Assembly (NCBI RefSeq): GCF_004353825.1
Contig: NZ_SMNA01000004.1
Coordinates: 186,001 to 250,000 of the forward strand
Length of the DNA stretch: 64,000 bases
Origin: Occultella glacieicola
GTDB lineage: Bacteria; Actinomycetota; Actinomycetes; Actinomycetales; Beutenbergiaceae
Direction: 5' to 3'
Position numbers and translations under genes: made by a program. Numbering within the stretch: position 1 is the stretch's first letter; the number at the start of each line of letters is the position of its first letter. Of the stretch, positions 57,474-64,000 are shown piece by piece. A model generated the notes under the pieces. That model was not told the DNA's origin and ran no database searches. It saw nothing but the letters and a program-made list of their open reading frames with translations.

Positions 57474-57523
57474 GTCACCACCCAAGCACAAGCCCGACGC
57501 CGAGCGGCATCCGCGAACCTCGC

Positions 57524-57659
57524 CTCTACTTCTCCCGCGTCGCCGCGGTCGCGACCAGGACCCGGATCCAACGGCTCATGGCGATGCCCGGCATTCCAGC
57601 AGATGACGGTGCGGAGCTGGCGGATCACCAACTGCCTGCTCGAACTGATCGACGACTGA
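57524..57659 (+). pseudogene. Frameshifted C-terminal remnant resembling DUF1697 proteins
   Basis: LYFSRVAAVATRTRIQRLMAMPG, one extra base, then FQQMTVRSWRITNCLLELIDD*, resembling the MTxRNWxT..KL ending recalled for DUF1697. Confidence 0.5.
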
Positions 57660-57750
57660 GCCCTTGATCGCCCGGGCGACCCGATAACGATCGGATCAAA
57701 GTTCCGGGCCAGGGTTCGCGCCGGCGCGAACCCTGACTAGGTTGCCGGAC

Positions 57751-58593
57751 ATGGGGAGTACGCACAGGGCGCGGCTGGTGGGAGCCGCGATGGGGACGAT
57801 CGCACTCGTGGCGACCATGCTGAGCGGGTGCAGCTGGTTCGGACTGGAACCCGATGAGCCGGTCGCCTGCGCCCAGGCCGGCCCCCCGTCGACGGCGGCG
57901 GGCGAGACCGCGCCGATCCTCACCATCGCGCGGGGTTCGACGAGCGACCTGGTGCTGGTGGTCTACGCCGACGGCAATGTCGCCACCCACGACGAGGCGA
58001 CCGCGTCCGCGCTCACCGGGGCAGCGGCCGCCATGCTGCCGCGCTACGCCGGTGGGCCGTACCAGGGCGGCGCCGTGGGCTCCTGGGCCGCCGGGTACCT
58101 GAACTCGTGCGCCCTCGACCGGCTCCACACGCTCGCCCAGGACGCCCTGTGGGATGACCCCGAGCCGGGCTTCGTGCAGGTCACCGACATGCCGGACACC
58201 CATTTCCACTACACCGACGGCGGGTCGGTCGCCGACGTCGACGTCTACGCGCACGACTCGGGCTACACCTCCGGGCTGTCCTGGGCCGAGCGTCGGGTCC
58301 GGGACCGGATCGTCGCCCTGACGGACTTCCTCGACGCCAACGTCGTGGTGGCCGGTGGGACCCTGCCGGTGACAGAACTGCAGATCGACGGCGACGGAGC
58401 CGTCGACGCGGACTTCGTCTGGCCCTTGGCCGCGCCTCCGGCGGACCTGCTCACCGGCGCCGGCTGCGCCGTGATCGTCGAGGCGGACGCGGCCACCCTC
58501 TATGCCTACGTGCTCGAGAACGACCTCGACGTGTCCGAGCACAACCTCGCGATCAGGGCGCTGCCGCCGGGGGTCGCCGGCTGTCAGCGGTGA
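57751..58593 (+). CDS. Putative lipoprotein
   Basis: Signal peptide with lipobox LSGC; VTDMPDT motif; TAGGTT -10 7 nt upstream. Confidence 0.75.
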   Translation: MGSTHRARLVGAAMGTIALVATMLSGCSWFGLEPDEPVACAQAGPPSTAAGETAPILTIARGSTSDLVLVVYADGNVATHDEATASALTGAAAAMLPRYAGGPYQGGAVGSWAAGYLNSCALDRLHTLAQDALWDDPEPGFVQVTDMPDTHFHYTDGGSVADVDVYAHDSGYTSGLSWAERRVRDRIVALTDFLDANVVVAGGTLPVTELQIDGDGAVDADFVWPLAAPPADLLTGAGCAVIVEADAATLYAYVLENDLDVSEHNLAIRALPPGVAGCQR

Positions 58594-58639
58594 TCCGTCG
58601 TCGAGAGTGCTGGAGTGGCAGCCACCTCGGCACTCTCGC

Positions 58640-59305
58640 TCAGCGGCGCCGCCGGCGCTGCCGCCGCGTGAAGACCATGAACGCCCCGGCGCTGGCCAGC
58701 AGATAGCCGACGACCACGGCCACCGAACCCGGTCCCGGCAGGCCAACGCCGGTGCCGAGGTCGACACCCTCGACACCGCCGCCATCCCGCCAGAGCGTGA
58801 TCACCACGTGCGCGGTCCAGACCGCGCCGGCGAGCGCCACCAGCCCGACCAGTCCCGCGACCGGCCACACCTGGTCGGCGAACATCGCCAGCGCCGTCAC
58901 CAGCATGGCCGCAGCGAGCACCAACAGGCCCGTCCGGGTCCACGGCGGGCCGACCGCCAGGTACCGGTCCAGGCCCGACCAGAGCTCCATGGCCGATGCG
59001 AGCGCGAGGGCCGCGGCAGCCACGTAGGCGATGCCGACCAGGACGCGGACCGGCCGGGCGCGCGCCGGTAGTCCGACCGCGAACAGGGATGTCAGCACGA
59101 GCGGGAACAGGAAGCCGTACTGCAGGTAGGCCAGCGGCTCGGGGAACGAGGAGCCGAGCACGTCGGGCAGGCGTGTGAGCAGATCCCCGACGTCCACGAG
59201 CGTGCTGACGTCATCGACCGACTCACGCCCCCAGGGCAGCACGGCGACGCCGAGCCAGAGCAGCGCCAGGCCCGGCCAGATCAGCAGCAACGCCTTCAGG
59301 CGCAT
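58640..59305 (-). CDS. Hypothetical membrane protein
   Basis: About six hydrophobic segments, basic C-terminal tail; GGAGG RBS. Confidence 0.7.
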   Translation of the reverse strand: MRLKALLLIWPGLALLWLGVAVLPWGRESVDDVSTLVDVGDLLTRLPDVLGSSFPEPLAYLQYGFLFPLVLTSLFAVGLPARARPVRVLVGIAYVAAAALALASAMELWSGLDRYLAVGPPWTRTGLLVLAAAMLVTALAMFADQVWPVAGLVGLVALAGAVWTAHVVITLWRDGGGVEGVDLGTGVGLPGPGSVAVVVGYLLASAGAFMVFTRRQRRRRR

Positions 59306-59374
59306 GGTCCTCCCTCGATCCGAAGGGGGAATGGAAGCACACAAGTCTGGGAGGAGTCTGCGTACACCCCGGTC

Positions 59375-61297
59375 TCACGCCTCCCGCAGCCAGACCGCCA
59401 TCGTGGATCTGCCCCGGTTGTTCCATGAGTGGTAGGGCACCGCCGTCACCGCGATCTCGGTGCGCGGCGCGCGTTCGGTGAAGTACAGCGCGTCGAGGTC
59501 GGCCCGGCCACGGGTCTCGCCCCAGGCCGGGCCGGCCAGGTCCGGCACCACGCCCGACGGCGTCGCTCGCGGTTGTGGGGTGCTCTCACCGAGGACCACG
59601 GCGTGCGCGGGCACGTCGAGGTCGATGCCCTCGAGGCAGTACACGAACGGCCCGTGGGTGAGGGCAACGCGGCCGGCGTCGGCGGCGACGAGCGTGCTCG
59701 CGTGCACCCGCCGCACGTCCACCTCGAACCTGATCTCGACGGTGTCGCCGTCGGCCCACTCCCGCCGAAGCCTGACGTAACCGTCGGCGCCCACCGGGGC
59801 GACGCCGTCGGGCGGTCCGCCGTTCACTCCCACCGAGACCGACCGCGCCCACGACGGCGCCCGCAGCAACAGGGACCACGTGGCCGGCGCGGCGGCGGCG
59901 ACCCTCAGGACGACCCGGTCCGCACCCGGCCCGGCGGTCTCCTGCCGGAGCCGGATCCGGGCGCCGGCGACGTCGGCGGTCAGGGTGGAGCCGATGTACA
60001 GGTCGACCGCGACCGCGTCCGGGGAGGTCGCGTAGATGTAGGAGCCGAGGGACGCCTCCAGCCGGGCCAGGTTCGGCGGGCAGCAGGCGCAGTCGAACCA
60101 GTCCGCGCGCTCGACGGTGCCGTCCGAGGCCAGCGGGTTCTCGTAGAAGAACCGTTGCCCGTCCGCGCTGACGCCCGCGATCACGCCGTTGTGCAGGGCA
60201 CGATCGAGGACGTCGACGTAGGTTGCCCGTCCGGTCAGACCGGCCATCCGACTGGCCCAGAACACCAGGCCGATCGAGGCGCAGGTCTCGGCGTAGGCGG
60301 TCTCGTTCGGGAGGGCGTGGTCGCGGGTGAAGCCCTCGTTGTGGCGGGAGTCGCCGATCCCGCCGGTGACGTACATCCGACGGGTGGTCAGATGGGTCCA
60401 GAGCCGCTCGCAGGCGGCGCGCAGACCGTCGTCGCCGGTTTCCGCGGCGAGGTCGGCCATGGCGCTGTACAGGTACATCGCGCGCACGGCGTGCCCGACC
60501 ACCTCGGTCTGCTCCCGCACCGGCAGGTGCGACTGGTTGTACTCCTCGAACTCCCGACGGCGCTGCTCGCGCTGGGGGAAGTGCTCGCCGAAGAACCCGG
60601 GCGTGCCGCGCCGACCGTGCTCGAGTTCGAAATAGTGCGGCTGGGTGCCGCGGGCGTCCACGAACGTCAGCGCCAGATCGAGGTAGCGGCGCTCGCCGGT
60701 GACCCGGTACAGGCGGACCAGCGCGAGCTCGACCTCCTCGTGCCCGCAGTACCCGCCGTGGTGTGCTCCGCCCGGGCCGAACTCCCGGCAGAGCAGGTCC
60801 GCCAGGCGGGTGACCACGACCAGCAGCGTGGTCCGGCCGGTCGCCTCGTGGTGCGCGACCCCGGCCTCGATGAGGTGCCCGGCGGAGTACAGCTCGTGGG
60901 CGTCGCGCAGATCCGTGAACCGCTGACCCGGCGCGACCACCGTGAAGTAGACGTTCAGGTAGCCGTCCTCGCCCTGCGCGCCGGCGAGAGCGGCGATGAC
61001 ACCGTCGACCTTCGCCTCCAGCGCCGCGTCCGGGTGGGTGCCGAGCACGTAACTGGCCGCCTCGAGCCACTTGGCGATGTCGCTCTCCCAGAACGGGTGG
61101 GGTGTCGGCTCCTCGGACCCCGGCGTCCAGGTCAGGGCGAGTGCGCCCAGCCGGCCGGTCGCCACGAGCTGGTCGTACTGGGCGGCGAGCGTCCGGGTCC
61201 GCAGCAGTTCCTGGCGGGGTCCCCAGAACGGGTCCTGGACGACGACGTCCCTCACGTTCACAGGGATCCGGCGGGCTCGGGTCGGGGTCGGCTCCAT
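59375..61297 (-). CDS. GH127 beta-L-arabinofuranosidase-like glycoside hydrolase
   Basis: FWESDIAKWLEA, HELY..GH, GHEEVELAL, GHAVRAMY, YVTGGIG, AETCASIG, CACCPPN, WNNRG. Confidence 0.95.
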   Translation of the reverse strand: MEPTPTRARRIPVNVRDVVVQDPFWGPRQELLRTRTLAAQYDQLVATGRLGALALTWTPGSEEPTPHPFWESDIAKWLEAASYVLGTHPDAALEAKVDGVIAALAGAQGEDGYLNVYFTVVAPGQRFTDLRDAHELYSAGHLIEAGVAHHEATGRTTLLVVVTRLADLLCREFGPGGAHHGGYCGHEEVELALVRLYRVTGERRYLDLALTFVDARGTQPHYFELEHGRRGTPGFFGEHFPQREQRRREFEEYNQSHLPVREQTEVVGHAVRAMYLYSAMADLAAETGDDGLRAACERLWTHLTTRRMYVTGGIGDSRHNEGFTRDHALPNETAYAETCASIGLVFWASRMAGLTGRATYVDVLDRALHNGVIAGVSADGQRFFYENPLASDGTVERADWFDCACCPPNLARLEASLGSYIYATSPDAVAVDLYIGSTLTADVAGARIRLRQETAGPGADRVVLRVAAAAPATWSLLLRAPSWARSVSVGVNGGPPDGVAPVGADGYVRLRREWADGDTVEIRFEVDVRRVHASTLVAADAGRVALTHGPFVYCLEGIDLDVPAHAVVLGESTPQPRATPSGVVPDLAGPAWGETRGRADLDALYFTERAPRTEIAVTAVPYHSWNNRGRSTMAVWLREA

Positions 61298-61429
61298 GGC
61301 CCCAAGTCCATCATGGATCGACGGGCGAGAGCAGACGCCGGGCGTGGCGGCCCGTCACCACCACGCCCGGCAGTCTGCTTCACCCGGCGCCGGAGCGCCG
61401 AACCCGCCCCCGTCGGGAACGGACATCCA

Positions 61430-61486
61430 TGAAGAGGCCGGTGCGGGCGTCCTGATACATCCCCCGATGAGACTCGCACCGGCCAC
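61430..61486 (-). ncRNA. Candidate small hairpin RNA (or terminator/attenuator)
   Basis: Minus strand: TACCTT -10 (61496-61491), then ggccggtgcg-(loop with GGGGG)-cgcaccggcc-tcttc. Confidence 0.35.
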
Positions 61487-61590
61487 TTGTAAGGTAGTCC
61501 TTCCTCCGCCCGGGTGCGATGGGGTGATCTGCCCATGCCGGTGGGCGTGCCGTCGACTGTTCGTCTGAGGGCTCGCGGACGTCCGCGGGA

Positions 61591-62199
61591 TCACAGCCAC
61601 CCGCGGTCCTCCGCGATCCGGACCGCCTCGGCCCGGTTCGATGCACCGGTCTTGCCGATCGCGGCCGAGAGGTGGTTGCGCACTGTTCCCTGGGACAGGA
61701 ACAGCCGGCCCGCGATGACGGCCACCGACGATCCGTCGCGGGCGGCCCGGAGCGCGTCGGTCTCCCGCGCCGTCAGGGGTGAGTGCCCTTCGACCAGGCT
61801 GTCCGTGGCCAGCGCCGGATCCACCACGCGCAGCCCGGCAGCCACGCGCCGGACGGCATCGGCGAGCTGGGCGGCCGGGGTGTCCTTGACCACGAAACCG
61901 TTTGCCCCCGCGGCGAGAGCGCGGCTCAGGAAGCCCGGCCGACCGAACGTGGTCACGATCAGCACGCGGACCTGCGGCAGTTCGCGGCGCAGCCGTTCGG
62001 TGGCTGTGATGCCGTCCATCCCCGGCATCTCCACGTCGAGCAGGGCGACGTCCGGGTGGTGCCGCCGGGCGGCCGGGAGCACCTCGTCGCCGGAGCCCAC
62101 CTCGGCGACGACCTCGAGGTCGGACTCGAGGCCGAGCAGGGCGGCCAGCGCCCCGCGCACGAGCGACTGGTCGTCGGCGAGGAGCAGTCTGATCGTCAC
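61591..62199 (-). CDS. NarL/DesR-type response regulator
   Basis: LLADDQ, LLDVEMPG, TTFGRPG, LuxR HTH LFLSQGTVRNHLS. Confidence 0.95.
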   Translation of the reverse strand: MTIRLLLADDQSLVRGALAALLGLESDLEVVAEVGSGDEVLPAARRHHPDVALLDVEMPGMDGITATERLRRELPQVRVLIVTTFGRPGFLSRALAAGANGFVVKDTPAAQLADAVRRVAAGLRVVDPALATDSLVEGHSPLTARETDALRAARDGSSVAVIAGRLFLSQGTVRNHLSAAIGKTGASNRAEAVRIAEDRGWL

Positions 62200-63329
62200 C
62201 GGGCCACCACCCGGAGCCGGAACCCGGACGCCGTCGACTCGGTGCTGACCCGGGCGCCCACCGCCGCCGCCCGTTCGCGCAGACCGCGCAGGCCGTGCCC
62301 GTCGGTGGCGTCCGGCTGCGGCGCGCCCGAACCGTCGTCGCCGATCTCGACGGTGTCCGCGGTGAGGGTGACGGTGCAGGTCCGGGCGTGGCTGTGCCGG
62401 ATCACGTTCGTGACCCCCTCGCGGACCGTCCAGGCGAACAGGTCCCGGAGCCGGGTGGGGACCGCATCGACGGACGCGGGCAGGTCCGCGTGGATGCCGG
62501 CAGCGCGCAGGGCGGCCCGGGCGCGGGCGAGTTCACCGGTCAGGGTCAGGTCCCGGTAGCCGGTCACGGTCCGGCGCACGTCCGCGAGCGCGTCCCGGGA
62601 GAGCCGTTCCACGTCGGCCAGTTCCGCGCCGGCGCGCTCGGGATCGAGGGGCAGGAGGCGCTGCGCGAGTTCCGCCTTCACGGTGATCACGGTGAGTGAG
62701 TGGCCGAGGATGTCATGCAGATCCCGGGCGAAGGAGTTGCGCTGCTCCTCCAGGGCGAGCCGGGCGTTCTCCTCGCGGATCCGCAGCAGTTCGATGTTGC
62801 GGTTGATCGCCATGGTCAGCCCCCAGATGGCGAGCGCGGCGACGCCGGTTCCGAACAACAGGCCACGGTCCACCTCCCAGCCCGGCACCAGGAGCGTGGC
62901 GAGGTACGTCGCGGCCAGGATCGCGCCCACGCCGGCCCAGGCCCACCAGCCCGGTAGGCACATGACGGCGATCACGGCCAGGTACACCGCGGTGGCGGTG
63001 CCGATCTGGCCGAGACTCAGGCAGATGACCACGGCCAGGGCGACCTCGACGGCCAGGGCCGCGGCCGCCGTCGTGCGGTGTTCGAAGGGCCGGAACGGCC
63101 CACCCGGCCGGCGCCGGAACCGCAGGGCCAGGAAGATCGTCAGGTAGACCGCCGCGAACGCGACCGTGGCGACGAGGCCGACCCACCCGGCCACCGTGTC
63201 CCGCCGGCTCCAGGCGACCTCCAGCGGGTTGAGCAGGTAGAACAGCCAGACCGCGGCGAACAGCACGCCCCACCGGCGGGGGCCGGTCCGGGCGTCGCCG
63301 GGGGCACGTTCGACGGTCACGACCGTCAC
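62196..63329 (-). CDS. DesK-type (HisKA_3) sensor histidine kinase
   Basis: TM N-terminus, ARDLHDILGHSL, REGVTNVIRHS, DDG, GHGLRGLRER. Confidence 0.95.
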   Translation of the reverse strand: MTVVTVERAPGDARTGPRRWGVLFAAVWLFYLLNPLEVAWSRRDTVAGWVGLVATVAFAAVYLTIFLALRFRRRPGGPFRPFEHRTTAAAALAVEVALAVVICLSLGQIGTATAVYLAVIAVMCLPGWWAWAGVGAILAATYLATLLVPGWEVDRGLLFGTGVAALAIWGLTMAINRNIELLRIREENARLALEEQRNSFARDLHDILGHSLTVITVKAELAQRLLPLDPERAGAELADVERLSRDALADVRRTVTGYRDLTLTGELARARAALRAAGIHADLPASVDAVPTRLRDLFAWTVREGVTNVIRHSHARTCTVTLTADTVEIGDDGSGAPQPDATDGHGLRGLRERAAAVGARVSTESTASGFRLRVVAR

Positions 63330-63350
63330 CGTAGTCCTCGCCGCCGCCGA

Positions 63351-64000
63351 TCAGACCCGGGCGGTGTCCCGGCTCATCCGCCACGCGGCTCCGGCCACGA
63401 AGATCCCGAGCCACGCCACCGCGTTCAGGACGGCGTACCAGGGAAGGTCGCCGGTCAGGACGGACCGGGAGATCTCCGCCACGCCGAACATCGGGGTGAA
63501 GGACGCGATGTGCCACATCAGCGAGCCCTGCGTGATCGGGATGAACACGTTGCCGAGGAACGCGAACAGGGCGAGCCCAGGACCGAGGATCTGCATCGCA
63601 TTCTCGCTCGGCACCAGGTAGCCGACGAACACGCCGAGCGCCGCGAACACGAGCGTGCAGATGAGGGTCAGGACGGCACTCGCGATCCAGGTGCCGACGT
63701 CCATCGAGGGCCTGCCCTGGGCCACGCCCGCGATGTTGACGACTCCGATCGCCAGCGCGCCGAGCGTGAGCGCGAGCAGCGCCTTGGTGAGGATGTACGC
63801 CGTCGGGCTCAGCGGCGTCAGCCGCAACTGTCGGGACCAGCCCTGCGCCCGCTCCACCGCGACCATGGCGCCGGCCGACGCCGCGGTGAGCGCGGCGCCG
63901 TAGAAAGCCATCGAGACCATCACGTACGCGGCGACGTTCCCGCGGCCGACCGTGGTGTTCCACTCCTCCTGGCCGCCGAACGCGAGGAACAGCGCGATCG
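63351..64000 (-). CDS. ABC-2 type permease (5' end outside the window)
   Basis: YVMVSMAFYG, VAVERAQGWSRQLRLTPL; typical partner upstream of DesK/DesR-like pairs. Confidence 0.9.
   Translation of the reverse strand, partial: IALFLAFGGQEEWNTTVGRGNVAAYVMVSMAFYGAALTAASAGAMVAVERAQGWSRQLRLTPLSPTAYILTKALLALTLGALAIGVVNIAGVAQGRPSMDVGTWIASAVLTLICTLVFAALGVFVGYLVPSENAMQILGPGLALFAFLGNVFIPITQGSLMWHIASFTPMFGVAEISRSVLTGDLPWYAVLNAVAWLGIFVAGAAWRMSRDTARV

Overview
High-GC actinobacterial chromosomal region (Micrococcales-like; taxonomy inferred from composition and gene content). It holds about 48 CDS and no rRNA, tRNA, CRISPR array, prophage or intact transposase that I can see. Most genes are accessory or metabolic: glycan enzymes (GH78, GH127, two GH33 sialidases in a nonulosonate-uptake locus, two large Tat-exported enzymes of unknown family), flavin oxidoreductases, regulators (IclR, XRE-MmyB, TetR, ECF sigma, WYL, FadR, NarL-type two-component pair), the large NAD-glutamate dehydrogenase and ABC exporters. 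The best candidate for an undescribed system is a translationally coupled three-gene operon at 36004-41352. It encodes an unknown protein whose C-terminus resembles sigma-factor region 2, an unknown protein with an internal ssrA-tag-like FALAA motif, and a TPR-CHAT caspase-like protease with an intact His/Cys dyad. I hypothesise a protease-gated sigma/anti-sigma-like switch. Other notable items: a pseudokinase with a basic N-terminal helix behind a long structured leader, a SoxR-type promoter on an ABC exporter, a sialidase locus lacking nanK/nanE, and a decaying segment at 52.3-57.7 kb with an amber-interrupted ABC gene. All family calls come from motif recognition by eye; no database searches were run.
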